The translations under genes were made by a program, and so were the position numbers. A stretch of 64,000 nucleotides of DNA. Origin: the human T2T-CHM13v2.0 reference genome, Homo sapiens. The stretch's first letter is position 1, and every line of letters starts with the position of its first letter. The notes under the pieces are model-generated. The model saw only the letters and a list, made by a program, of their open reading frames with translations, made no database searches and was not told where the DNA came from. The stretch is from assembly GCF_009914755.1 (NCBI RefSeq), contig NC_060942.1; one strand, given 5' to 3'. Of the stretch, positions 12,906 to 28,041 are shown one piece after another.

Positions 12906-15900
12906 GTGAGTGGATTCTGGTAAAAGTCCTTCATAATCGTGCCCATTGTAAACAAGTGAAAACTTTTTAGAAAATGTTAGTGGGCATTATTTCTAACCTA
13001 AACCCATTGAAAATGTATATTAATGACAAGATGATTTTATGAACTAGATTTTTCAATAGCATTTCTCTCTTTAATTGAAGACTCAAGATCATGTTAATGC
13101 CTCAGTGTCAACTCATTGTATTACATCTCTGACACTGAAGTCATTGCTAAGTCATGCTGGAAAAAGACTGAATTTAGGAAATTCCTATCGCTAGTTAGTA
13201 GCACTTTGTCGTTCAAAATCTCTTCTGCAAGAGGGCTTTTAAACTAAATATCACAAGTGTGTCTGGATTTTTAACCTGTTTTTTTTTTTATTTTTTTGTG
13301 TGTTTGGTGGTGGAATTACTCTAATTTTTAAAACATAAAAATAGCACCACATAATTTAAAATCGTAGCAGTTTGTGGCTGGTCTCGCTATCCAAATAAAG
13401 TCATCAGTTGCATATTTGGTTAGAATCTGTATCACTACTATAAAAAGCCCCGCACTATTTAACTATGATTTTATTTAAAACATTTTTAATTTCAAAAAAC
13501 GGCAGTACAGGAGGTTTATAAATGACATATTAAGTGAAGAAGTGGCTATAATTAAAGAGTAAGTATAATTATTATTACACTCGATCTTACTACTGGAATG
13601 TCAGTGATGACTGCGATATAAAAGTTGTGCACTTGATCGTCTGACGAATGTAATGAAATACTTTATCATTGCCCCCTTACATGTAATTAGTTTTCTTGCT
13701 GTAGAGATAATACTAAGTGCACCACTAATGTATTATGTCAATTTCACTTTCAGTGAAAATTTGAAAATTGTAATCTCTCTCATAGTAAGGTTAATGTAAT
13801 TCAAAAAGGCAGGTGCCAAGTAAATTGCCCTCCAGCTTGGCAGGATGTATAGTGCTGTGGTTCACATTTGTTTCTACTTGCTTAATTTTTGAACTGGAAT
13901 GTTGGGTTGGTTGGTATAATAAGTTAGATCTTTGATTCAAAGTATGCTGGTTAGTTTGAATTCAGTTTTATTAACTAAGGCGGGACATAATCAGTGGATT
14001 TAGTTATAAATGAGCATCAGTAAGCTGGTGGCTTTGGTTCCAAGCTTTCCTTCAAACATTAGTCCTATCCCATGCTCTTTTCAGTGGATATTTAGGATCA
14101 GTTGATTTCATTACTTAGGATTTGGTAGGGATCACTGATCATTATACAGTATGTCATTTGAAATATGAGAGTTTCATATTGTCAGTAATCAAGCACTTTT
14201 ACTTAAAATTTCAAATAAATTTGATCCATTAAGAGCTATTATAGTTTTAGTTGATCAGCTTGTTCAGATAGGTGTACACTAACTTTCATAGAATCTCTAA
14301 GATGTGCCTTATTTGTTGATTTATTTATTTCAAATTAATTATAGCATATCAAATTTCTTTAAACAGCCACTTCCTATTTAGTCATTCTTCAATAAAATGT
14401 ATCATCATCAAAATCATATATCTTTATTGAACTTTCTCTAGCTGTGCCTAGATTGTTTTTTTGTTGGCTTATGGGGGTTTTTTTGGGAATGGGGGAAGAG
14501 GAGGTTACCTTATTTTATATTGAAATTAATCACAAGTCTCCCACATGCCTTATGAAAATTTTTTCTCAAAGAACTTACACTATCATGAATTACAGTGTTT
14601 CATTTTCACGTTGACATCATAGGTTTTTTTGGAAAACATTTTACTTTCTAAGGTTTGGAAGATCAAAATTTATTTTAAGTACAGATTTTACCACATGGGA
14701 TAATTTTGGTAATTGTGCTTTGGAGTTTCCTAATCTGTATTTTTCTTTAAAATACTTTTTTTCTTCATAAAACAACCACCACTATAGCAAATTCTTTCAG
14801 TTATCTTTCTCCTAGTCTCATTATAAATGCATGCTTTTACCAAAAAATGAAAAAAAAATTATGTAAAGTCTTTATATTTGTCTCTACTCAAAGTCAATAA
14901 GCGGGAACCTGCATTAGGAAGTGTATTTGTACAATTGTTAAGGCCTTTAAGATATTTAAATTGGTAGTGTCTTTTAAGCAAATCTACCTGAGAACTGGGT
15001 AACTATTTGTTTGCAAGCATACTGTGTATTCATCTCAATGCATCTGAAGGTTGTGAACCTTGTTCAAATGAGTGGGTTGAATCAGGGAGAACAAAGCTGG
15101 AGGAGCTGCTCTTACAGCAATCAAGATCGCTCTATGGCTATTCCATTGTTCTGACAAGTCTCCTGGACAGACAAGAGATTACACCTGCTATAACACTGCA
15201 AGTCAAACACATTTTGTTAATTCTGCACCTATTTTTCATTCTTCTTTTTGTTTCCATATAATCAGTGTATGGAGTAGAGAAAGGAGTTAGAATGTATTTT
15301 CTCTAGGCCTGAGAACAATGCTTCTTATGCACCAAATAAAAGAAATCTATGTGCATGTATATGACAATGGTAAAAAGTACAGCATGGTCACTGTGGGAAA
15401 GCAAAACAGAGCCAGAGGGATCTCTATGGTTTTAATGATTTCTGAAAATTACTTGCAACTTTGCCAGGTCCAATTAGTCCATTTAAGTCAATACAAATCT
15501 GAAGATGTCTTTTTCTAAAAAGGTAAATTTCTGCAGCTCAAGCTCAAAGAACAGAGAAAATGACTTTTATCTATGACCATGAATGATCTGATTATTTTGG
15601 TTCATTATAGTAACCATTTTCCCCCCCTTTCTATGGGTTAATATTTCATTTCGAAACAAACAAACAAAAAAAAACCCAACCCTCTGACCACCTGATAAAC
15701 TAACTCCACAGTTTGAACTGAACTGAAATTCTGTAAAATATGAGCAGAAGTTTTTAAGAGTACTTTCATCACTCAGGCTAAAATACACAGAAAATAATAC
15801 ACATTTCATTACATAGTTCCTAAACTTACTTGAAGACATCTTAAGTCCCCAAAATTGTGTTCACAGATGCCTAAAGCAAGAGAAGAACTAACAAATTAGT

Positions 15901-17846
15901 ACAGACCAAACAGAAGACAAGCAAAAGAGAGAGCTCTTTGTGCTTTCTTGAGCGTGTATTATAGTGATATGTAGTATAGAGATCAGTGTTTCAGTAAAAT
16001 ATTTTGTAGAAAATGGAAGGAATATTTCTGTTCACGTATTCAGTGAAACTTACAAATTGCATTCAAGTGTGATCATTAACAGTTATATGGTGTTCATAAA
16101 AGCTTTATTATTTCACTGCAGATTTAGGATTAGCATCTTCTATCACCTTTACAGAAACAAGGAGTACAAATTTATCATCGCTCAATTGGTTTGAGTTGCC
16201 ACAAAGTAAAAACATTTTGTCATCCCTGTTTTAGGAAAAGAGTAGAAACTAAAGCACTGAAGAATGCTGTCTTAAATCTGAAAGGCTGACCCTAGAATAA
16301 GATTCACTTATTTAACAAATCTCATCAATCTAGAAAATTATCTTATCTATACCCAGAGCACTTAATTTCTGGTAACTCTTTCTCCAGAACACATTCATCA
16401 AAGACCTGGTTGCTGAGTATCCCTGTGTCCTAATAGACATTGCCTAACATATCAGCAGGAAGCCTGCTGTGCCAGGCACCGCAATTAGATTTATAATGCT
16501 CCCTCATCTCAGGGAACACCCTTGCCCAGTGCTGGGTCATGCCACCCTTGCTGATTATGCTTGATATGCAAATTCCTTCAATAGACTTAGACAGATCAAA
16601 TTTTTTTAAATGCCATTGGCTGCTGATCCATGCTCTTAATTGGTCTATGAGAATAGGCCACAGTTTTTCATACTTGTCTAATGAGAAATCATATCTCTAC
16701 AAATTAATGGTTGCCTGTTGCTCTCAAAACTGCAAGACTGTAAGTTATTTGAAGGCAGGTTCTGTGTCTGATTTGCCTTTGTATCCCTTATAGTGCCTTG
16801 CACCAGTGCAAGATTGCTCAAAAGATGTCTAATCACACACAGCAGAGGTACCACAAGGAAGTTTTTGGATAGTTTATACAGCTCTTCCCCCACACACTCC
16901 AAAAAATTATCACGCTATTAAACATAGAAATAATAATACTGGATTTCCCCAACATTTTAATGGTGTAGTATTAAATTCATTTTACATTTCACCTGAGACT
17001 TACTATAATATTTTCAGGCCTTTAAAAGTCTTAATCTAGTGTTGGATCCACATAATACACATTCAGTATGTACTTGTAAAATACACAAACGAAAAGAATA
17101 AATTAGAGAATTCAACCCATTAAGGTGCTGTCAACCTCAGACTGATACCCTTTGTCAGAGCAGTACAAAGGAAAGATAAGAGGAGGTTTTTAAATAAAGC
17201 AAATTGTGATATTTTAGCTTTGTTTCAAGTGCATCCTTGCGATGTATATAAAAGTTAACAATTACATTAGAATTGAATGCTTAACAAAAACGTAACAATT
17301 ATGTTAGAATTCAACGCTTAGCAAAAAGTGACTTGGAAGACCATCTCACAATTATTAAATGCAAGAGATTTTTTAAATAAAAATAGCTTGTTACTCTCAA
17401 ACCCATTTTTATTATGTGCAAGGAAGCATGAACTTCAATATTAAAAAGGAAAACATTAAAAATTACTGTAATTGGGGATTTATTAAAATTAGCCTGTGAT
17501 TTTGTCTCCTGTAGCTTTTAAAAAGTACATAAATGGATTGGTTCCTAAAACAGAAATGAAGGGGAAACTCATTGAGGATGTATTTCAGGTGAATTATTTA
17601 CTGTTTTCACAGAATTTTAGGACTAGAGGGGACTTTTAGTCTCATATACAGCTGAGGAAACTGAGCACAGATTGATTTAATGACTTACCCCAAAGTCCCT
17701 ATCCACTGGGCAAAACAGCTGAGATATACTCAGTCAGCCTGATAACCTCTGTGTTCATCTCTAGGTAAATCTCCATCACAGCCTCCATAGCACAGACTCC
17801 AAACTCATTTGGGAATCCAAACTTCTCCCCTAATTGTCAGAAAATA

Positions 17847-18030
17847 ACCTCACCCTTACTCCAGGGACAAGGTCTAGGTCATTTAGGAGAGTGTCCTCCA
17901 ATTTCCCTTCCCCAGTTTATTGATTTTAATCTCCATCCACCTCACCCTTACTCCAGGGACAAAGTCTAGGTCATTTAGTACAATGTCTTCCAATTTCCCT
18001 TTCCTAATTGATCGATTTTAATCTCTATCT
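17847..18030. repeat. Two-copy ~92-bp tandem duplication
   Basis: acctcacccttactccagggacaa.gtctaggtcatttag starts at 17847 and 17939. Confidence 0.9.
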
Positions 18031-18534
18031 TTCCTTGCCTTTGTCTTTGAGGTCCTTTCTTTTTCTGCCCATTCTCTCCTGCTCTCCCTATCACAACACT
18101 TCTATGAGAATCTTCCTGCAGAACATCTCTTCTTTTAAATCAAAATCTCCTCCTAGCTTCTATCTTAACTTTCAAAAATCCTTAGGTTACCCTCTCTCAA
18201 AAAAAAATGCTACTGTCTTGTCCCTCTGTTCCCTTTTATCACCAATGTCTTGAAAAAGTGACCATCTTTATGTCCTCCTCTCCTCCTCTCATTTCCTAAT
18301 CCCTTGCTGTCAAGCAAGTGCATGTTCCATCCAGCTAAAAATATTCTCTTGAAGGTCCCTCAGAACCTCAGGATTTCCTCAGAATTCACTCTGCTCAACT
18401 TTTTTACCTCATCTCTTTCAACCCCATCTGTCTTTCCGTTTTCCTTTTCCTCTGACCTCCATTATAATGCATTATATTTTCCTATTGTTTCTTTCGCCAT
18501 TCCTTCTCTCTTTCGCCACTCCTTCTCTCCTTCC

Positions 18535-19465
<931 letters not shown>

Positions 19466-21134
19466 CAGGCATTTAATATTACAGCTGGAAAGTTACCTGT
19501 ATAAAATTTAGTCTACTCTTGTCATTTTACAAGTGAGAAAACTAAAGTTCAGAGAATTGGGGAAATACGTTGAAGATTTTCCAACTCTATCAAGAGTCAG
19601 ATTTCACTATTTTGCCTTTGAAAGTCCAAGAGTGACTTTGTATCAGAGTTTATTCTAGACTCTGAGCAACAGAAAATAAGCTTACACCAACCCACCACAT
19701 TTTTAAGCAGACTTGGCGGTTTTTAGATTACAAATCCAATTGAGAGTTTGACTGTATGGTGAAAGCTACTTGGTCTTCTGCCCAAATTGTCTCTCATGGG
19801 AAAAAGAATGACCCAGCTTCATAAAGCTGGAAAGATTTCTTAGTCATCTGCATAGCTTTCCAAAACAAACAGCAAGCACTGGCGCTCCAATGCAGTAAGG
19901 GAAGCGCAATAACAGATAACAGATGCATGCACAATTCTGTAGCTATGAAGAAATGGCGTTCAAACACACAAATAAGGTATGCCCATCTCCCATCCCACAC
20001 TCACAAACAAGAGAGAGGGAAAAGTGTTCATAAATTCACAGGCAGCAAGGAGCATGCATTTACATGAACACCATTTCATCATTTCAGTTCTGCACCCAAG
20101 ATGGGCTCTACAGATAACATTTCAGTTACATGTTTTAAAATTTGGGCCATTTACTTTTCTTTTTTTTTTCTTCATGCTGTATTCCTATTGTCGTATGTAA
20201 ATATCACCAATCACAAGGATAATAGGTTAGTTTAAAATCAGAATTTTTTGAGTTCTTGAAGTTGCAATATAAATTCTTTGTAGCATGCTTTTCTTAGTAG
20301 TAATTTACTTGAGGGAATAGGCTATCTCATATTTTATTGTAAAACCCACAGCTCAAGTGAAAATTTATGCTAAATTGTATTGAATTATATTTAGCCATAG
20401 GTTAATATCCAAGACTCAATTTCCTCATCTGTAAAATGGAGATAGAATTAGTGGTGACCACATGTATTTGTTGTAAAGATTAAGTGCATAGATTTACATA
20501 AATACATAACCTAATACCTAGCTATTATTTAACAAATTATAAGAGTAATAACAATCATAATTATTAATATTAGATACACAATGGATATGTAATTCTCATA
20601 ATAAAAACATTATCTTTTTATACTTCTCATATTGATCATAAATACTTATTTTCTGAATTATCTATTGTGGCAATTTTTTTAAAGTAGATACTTAGAGACA
20701 TTAAGTTCATATTTTCTTTAATGCTACAATTAAAATTAACTATAAAAAGAACTTTTTTATATTTTTAAATTACTACTGTTAGTATTTTTAAATGTAAACT
20801 ATAATTTTCTTATATCAGTTATACAAATAAAGTTTTCATACTTTGCAATTCTGAATAAATTCAATTAAAAGTTAAAAATTTCTTATTTAGGGAGAAATAC
20901 AAGTACAAAATAATAGTAATAAAAAGAAGAGTAAATTGAAAGGTAAAAACAAAAATTCTTAGCATCATCATCAGACCCAAGACATAAACCAAATCCACCT
21001 GCTATTTGGCTGATAAAATAATTTTAATGACTCACAAGCCTATGGTTTCACATTGTTTTTAAAGTAACTGGATAATATAAATTTTAAAGCATTTAATTAA
21101 AAAATAACTAGTGTGATTATCTTATTTTTTACAG

Positions 21135-21170
21135 GTGGTGGTAGAAGTTAACAGTGAATTCCGAATCCAG
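21135..21170 (+). CDS. DSG1: DSG1 exon 2 (VVVEVNSEFRIQ)
   Basis: ttttttacag| acceptor, CAG|GTAATA donor, 36 nt, phase 0/0. Confidence 0.96.
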
Positions 21171-21427
21171 GTAATATATAACAAATCCATTTTTCCAAAT
21201 TTTTAAACAAGAAAATAATTTGAGAATAACAATATGTTTTCTGAAGAAAATGTATTCTCATAAGTCAAGTTCATATAATGCTAAAATTAATAGATTACCA
21301 AAATTACCAATTTTCCCAATTAAACATCCTCTATTTCTGAGATTATAACCTCTTCCAAAAATCTCAGTGGAATTTGAATTACGAATTCAAATTAATATAT
21401 ACCATTTCTTTATTGCTGTCATTTAAG

Positions 21428-21559
21428 GTAAGAGATTATAACACTAAAAATGGCACCATCAAATGGCATTCAATCCGAAGGCAGAAACGTGAATGGATCA
21501 AGTTCGCAGCAGCCTGTCGTGAAGGTGAAGACAACTCAAAGAGGAACCCAATCGCCAAA
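21428..21559 (+). CDS. DSG1: DSG1 exon 3 (propeptide, RRQKR convertase site, start of EC1 EWIKF)
   Basis: ORF 21374..21583 contains [44 protein letters not shown]; taag| acceptor, AAA|GTAGGT donor; 132 nt. Confidence 0.97.
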
Positions 21560-22742
21560 GTAGGTATCAACTCCAAAGCATAACATTGAAAATCAGAATG
21601 GATAAAGTTTCAAAAGAAACTGTCTGCTAAATATTTCATGAACATGTCTCACCGAGAAGCTACGATACAGAACAGAACTATAGTCATCTAGATGATGAAA
21701 ACTGAAACTCATAAGGAGAAATTAAGAAATGCAGGTGCTCAGAGAAACAGGCAAACGTTGACTCACCTCATTGGTGAAATGCATACACATGATCATGTGT
21801 TATCCCAAACTCCAGAGGAAAAAAGATCATTATTTTAATAAAGAATTTGGCTTTCAGCACATTCAAAGGAATTACTTCAATGTGTGCTCTTTTTGCCTCA
21901 CAATGTATTAGAATTGAATTCCTACTTTTTTGTTTGTTTATTAACATTCACAAGGTGCCCTCTCTCATACCCCTTTTCTATTCATTTTTCCATATCTTCC
22001 TTTCTACATACACACACACTCAGAAACACCCCCCACAAATTCATGAACATACAGATGTACACGTCCACAGATACACACACGAATATACACATTCATCCAC
22101 ACAGACACTCACAAATACTCCCCACTAGGATTTGTTTACAGCCAAACAATATTTTATTTCAAAGAAAGAGTTCTGGTTTCTATAACCATTTATTCGCGTG
22201 GTCTCCTTCCTTTTCTGCTAATACACCCTTCCTGTTTTCAGAATTCAGAGCTTCCACTCAAACCCAGATAACTCTTGTCACCTAAATAAATCTACTTTCT
22301 TCGAAAACTTTACATTTAAAACAAATTGAAGATTAAAGTTGCATGATGACAACATTGATAAACTCCTTAAGAGGGCAAAGAGTTTCCTTCTGTAGCTCCA
22401 GTGCAAGCACAGACCCTGCAAATAATACAAGATCAAATTTTAACTGTTGAATGAATGAAGTCATGCATGATGATTGCATAGACTTAGATATAGTAGGGTG
22501 ATATTTCGCATTTTTTCATGTTTCATAGAAGCAGAAACCGAATTTCTTTGATTACATTGTCAGTTACCATTGAAAATATTAGAGCTGTAATTGTTACTCT
22601 TATCTAGGAAAATAATCTCCATTGACAACATTTCCTAAATAACAAGGTCATCACATGCAACAACTCTCAAGAAAGCTGTCATATATCAAATATAGAACTC
22701 TATTTGCTCCCTCTAATATTTTTACTTGTGTTCCTTCTGCAG

Positions 22743-22898
22743 ATTCACTCAGATTGTGCTGCAAACCAGCAAGTTACATACCGCATCTCTGGAGTAGGAA
22801 TTGATCAGCCACCATATGGGATCTTTGTCATTAATCAGAAAACTGGTGAAATTAATATAACATCCATAGTTGATCGAGAGGTCACTCCTTTCTTCATT
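22743..22898 (+). CDS. DSG1: DSG1 exon 4 (EC1)
   Basis: [28 protein letters not shown]...DREVTPFFI; ctgcag| acceptor, |GTAAGT donor; 156 nt. Confidence 0.97.
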
Positions 22899-23188
22899 GT
22901 AAGTGGACTTCATGTCAATATATATGTTCATGCTTAAATTCTTCTCAGAAGTTCTTAATCTCAGATCATACTTAATTTGATTTCAAGAGTCTCAATATTT
23001 GGCATTTTTGGTTGTTTCTTAATTCACGAGCATCCCACGACTGAAAAGAAATGCAAAGATTAAGAGAGAAGGAAATGTTTCACTTAAGTGTCAGCAAAAA
23101 TGCTAACCTCTATACTGTCCTCATTGGCAAACTAGAGTATTTGTTTGGAAGGACAATTACCTAACTTTTTAATTTTTCCTTTTTTAAA

Positions 23189-23385
23189 AAATTCAGTAAA
23201 GAATGTTACCTTATTTTAAGTCTAATGTCAAGTAATGATTCTAGAGCTACTGCAGGACTGTTTTCTGAGCAAATATACTTTATTATAAATTCAGTAAAGA
23301 ATGTTACCTTATTTTAGGTCTAATGTCAAGTAAATGATTCTAGAGCTACTGCAGGACTGTTTTCTGAGCAAATATACTTTACTAT
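23189..23385. repeat. Two-copy 98/99-bp near-perfect tandem duplication
   Basis: aaattcagtaaagaatgttaccttatttta... at 23189 and 23287; three differences. Confidence 0.95.
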
Positions 23386-24445
23386 AAATTCATATTCCTC
23401 AAGCTCACCTGAGCTCCAAATGCACCTTGAAAATGCATCCATTCTTAACTGAATCTCACTCCATTCTTTACAGGAGCTGTCACATAGCTTAAGTATCCTA
23501 TCTCTGCAAACCCTCAACCTCATTTCCACTTTAAGCAGTTGACCTTGTGACCAACTTTATGAAAAAGGCTGAGGCCATCCATCACAAACTCCCATAATTA
23601 TTTCTCACTCGCCCAGCTCAGAAATGTTCTTCATTAAATCAAAAGCAGGATCAATTGTTTGCTTTTTCTCACAGCATATTCCAAGACATTTCCATGGTCC
23701 TATAATTGCCACTTACTTGGAGAATCATTCCATCACCTCTGTTTTCTGTCTCCCTTCTGCTGGCTCCTTGGCTACTCCCATTTCTCTCTATCATCATGGC
23801 CAGCACTTCTTAATATTAAAAATAGAAATAAAGAAACCCTATTTTGCTCCTGTTACCTCTTCTGTTAAAACCCCACCAATCCGTATCCCAAAATACCTTC
23901 AAATAATAATCGATATTTGTAGTTTTCACTCACACCGCCTGCCTGTATTCCTCACACAACTTTAATTCTTTAGCCTTCAATTCCAAATCTCTATTTCTCC
24001 CTTCTGTCCCACAATGATCCCCCACAAACTTTAAAAAGGCATGCTACCCTGTTAGCTTTTCTTGGGGCATAATGCATTTTTTTACGTCTTTATTTTTTTT
24101 TAGAGACAGGGTCTCATTATATTGCCCAGGCTAGTATCATAATGCCTTTATATATGAAATATGCCATTTTGTAAAATAGTACACATTACACTTAGGGACG
24201 CTTCAAATACAAATAATAATAGTAATAATAATAATCATAATAATAATATAAACCCCCATGTAGCTACTACCTAGCTTAAGAATGCCACATTTGCTTTCCC
24301 TTAGTGACTGTAAGTAGGGCTTGTGCCTATGTTCTAAGTAGACATAATAATTCTTTTAATTCGCCACAGTGCTAGCATAATGCTCAAAGTAAGAACTTAA
24401 TAAATCTGTGTTTCACTGTATAATTATTTATCTTTTCTCTCCCAG

Positions 24446-24590
24446 ATCTACTGCCGAGCTCTGAACTCAATGGGCCAAGATTTAGAGAGGCCTCTAGAGC
24501 TCAGAGTCAGGGTTTTGGATATAAATGACAACCCTCCAGTGTTTTCAATGGCTACATTTGCAGGACAAATAGAAGAAAATTCTAATGCAA
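24446..24590 (+). CDS. DSG1: DSG1 exon 5 (RAL adhesion-recognition motif, DINDNPP calcium linker)
   Basis: [33 protein letters not shown]...; cccag| acceptor, |GTAAGT donor; 145 nt. Confidence 0.97.
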
Positions 24591-26254
24591 GTAAGTAATG
24601 TAGTGGCTTCCAAATCACTCCTAACAGCCAGGCACCTAACTGGAGACTAAACTATGTCAAAGTACACATCATGAATGTAAGAGATAAACTATAGAAAAGA
24701 TGCAGAATAGCAAGTCTTTCCTTTCAACTACGGAAGCAGCTCCAAACTGAGGGACACAAGGCGTGATTCCAAAGCAATGAGGAGGATTTTTCTCACATAA
24801 CTCGCAGGCCAGCCCTGTAGAAGAGTCCTAACAAGAAATTTTAAAGGCATTTTGCACAATGGTGGCAGAGGCATCGGGATGTCAATTTAGCCTCCCAGTC
24901 TAACTGTGTAGAAGGACAATCCCACCCTTTTCTGCTCTTACTGCGTTTTTTCCCCTTTTTTAAAGTTAGCTACTTTAAAATCACTTATAGAAATCACTTC
25001 CACACAAAACTTCTTTTTGTGATTTAACCTTTAAGTGATAAAATTTCTTGTGAATTCCAAAAATCCCTACACTTTACTTTTATTCATTAAAATACTGTAC
25101 CTATACTTTCAACTTTTAAAAGTGTTATTATAAAATGCTCATTAAATTTATGTAATATGGAAAGTAAAAGGGAACAAAAATCTGCTGTCTGCATTTCCTA
25201 GTACCGTTCTTCAGAGGTATGCACTGTGTACATGCGCTCCATAATTATGTAAACATAAATCACATGTTTTTTAACATAAATGGTATCATCTGTTACATGC
25301 TAATCCACAGCATGAATTTTTATATAAATATATTTTGAACATATTTCCATATCAGGACACATAATTGTTTCACTGCTTTCAATAGTTGCATGGAATTTAA
25401 TTATATAAATTACATAAGTGTATATAAATGTTAATTATCTAGTGAAAACATTTTAAAGGTTATGCTACAATAAATACAGGTGGGGGATGACAGATGCCGT
25501 GAAGCATTTGTAGGAAAATTGTATTTAAAATGGAGTTGGAGAGTAGAGAACAATTCCAAAGTTATGAATGAGCACTGGCAGTTTTCCACATTCTCCAATA
25601 ATCTAATAATCTTCATCAAAACTACTTATAAAATTAATGAAAAGATAAGAGACAGGACAATATGTGTAGTTAAGCAAGCATTTCTTTAGATCTACTAATT
25701 ACCTTGCACTTGACGAAGGATCACCCAAAACAAAACAGTAGTAATGTATATTTATCAAACGTGCATTATTCATTAGGAACTTTATATAGTTTTCTCTTAT
25801 TAATGATTTAATTCTCACATGAATTCAGTAAGGATGGCAGTAATATCATCCCCATTTATAGATATAAAAATTGAGGCCAAGATCATATAGCTAGAAAGTG
25901 TTGAGAAAGTTGGGAAAATGTTGGTCTGGCCTTATTATCATTTTGTTTCGCCACAGCATCCTTTAAAAAAGAAGAAAATATGCTAGAAGAAGAAATAGAA
26001 AGCCAGAATAACACATTTCCTTTGTTTCCCAGTTATCATCAATGTCTAGATTCCTAGTAAAATGTGATCTTCTTGTTAGGCAAAGATATAGAAAAGAGCT
26101 AAGATATCCATATGTTGAAGGAGTAGAAAGGGAAGACAGTGAAGTCCACATCATAAGGATCAACTAACTCTAACACTTTTTTGGAAAGGTGATATACTCT
26201 ACTGTAACAAAAATGTAAATCACCCATTTGCAATCAATTTTCCTTAATTTCTAG

Positions 26255-26421
26255 ATACACTGGTGATGATACTCAATGCTACTGACGCAGATGAACCGAA
26301 CAATTTGAACTCAAAAATAGCCTTCAAGATTATAAGACAAGAACCTTCAGATTCACCAATGTTTATTATCAACAGAAATACTGGAGAAATTCGAACGATG
26401 AATAATTTTCTAGACAGAGAG
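26255..26421 (+). CDS. DSG1: DSG1 exon 6 (EC2)
   Basis: [23 protein letters not shown]...NNFLDRE; ttctag| acceptor, GAG|GTAATT donor; 167 nt. Confidence 0.97.
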
Positions 26422-28041
26422 GTAATTCTTTTTCTTTAAGTGGGTTTTTGGTCTCAAAGGAACTGATTCTAAAAGCAAGGATACTGAAGAGACAAAGAGA
26501 TGAAGAAAATGATGGTTTAAATTTTTACTTGTATAACTTTTTCACATAATTCTTTCATGTAAGAAATATTTTTTAAATGAAAAAGGGAGGATTTTTCAAT
26601 TACGTTTTGTACTATTTTTCATATAATTAATTAATTAAAATTTACTTCAATTTAAGAAAACTATATTGTGAAAGTACATGAAAATATGCCTAAGGTAGAA
26701 TCTAAGGTAGAATCAAAAGCTCCATTTCTCTAAAAAGTGTGTTCTATAATAAAATGAATTTAGGAATGACTTGCTATATGTCCACGTTTTGGTGAGTTAC
26801 AGTGCATGCGAGTATGCTGGAGGCTCCAGGAATATTGATACACTAAGTTCTCTTTCTTTAACCTAGCATATCTAAGCTCCATTGACAACAGAATTCTTGT
26901 TTTTCCTATGTAACATCTATTGATAGCTCACCCATTCATTTACTTTGGGAAATGAACCACAGGATAAGAATGATGGATAGGAATTAAATGACAGACTGAC
27001 CAATCTTTTTATTTACAAATAAGAAAATAACTAGTGATGTTAACAGAGTAAAATCAGCATTATGAGGTTTCTAGCATGCCTTGTGATTTTATGATTTAGT
27101 TTTAAAATAAGTGCTTTTTCATTATTTAAAAAAAATTGTCTTTTAATAGAATGTTGCGACCTAAATGTACATTAGGAGCATAAGTGAGGAAGCTTTATTT
27201 TCTGATGGTATTCAATTAATTTTGTTTTAATTATTAAAAATGACAATCTTCTTGCTGATGACTTTTAGGTTTAGGATAATTCATATTATTTTAATACTCT
27301 TTAATTATCTAAATGTTACAAGTTTCTATGTTACCTAAGTCTCCTTTTATACATGTTTGAAAATCAACATTAGAAGAAATTGAATGTTTACACTTTTCCC
27401 TCTCAAACTGTCTTAAACAGCCCAATGAGGTTTCTTTCATGTCAAAAGAGCTTTCGTGGTAAAGTACTGTAAGAAAGGGCTGTCAGAAGGAAAGGGACTC
27501 TGCAGCCATTGGGAAGCCACCAGGGCAGATATTCTCAACCTGGGGTCAATGGAGAGACCTCAAGATGTCTCTATAAAACCCCCTAAATTATATCCACCAT
27601 TTTGAATGAGTGTGCATTTTTGCATGAGTCAAGGAAAGCCTCCATAGATTTTACCAGCTTCTAGAAATATAAGCACCATTGAATAGAGTCAAGAATAGAT
27701 ACATCACCAATAATTCCACTGCCATAACCCACTACCTCTCAAAACACAAAGCTTTGTTATCTGTTTATATGCTTCTTGCACACTCGGGGGCTGATTATTT
27801 AGGTTATGGAATATTCATGCCATAAATTTTTGGTAAACTTAATCTCTCTCCTTGAGATCATTCTGGTTTGTTTTACCCTTTATAAACTTTTTCAACCTCT
27901 GGACATATTATTATTAATAAGAAATGAAGCCTTTTAAAACGTGTTGCATCTTTTAAATAATGCGTGATAAGTATTATTGGGAATAATCATGTGAAACTTG
28001 TGGATTTCCCATATTCTGTGTTAACCCTACCTCTATCATAG

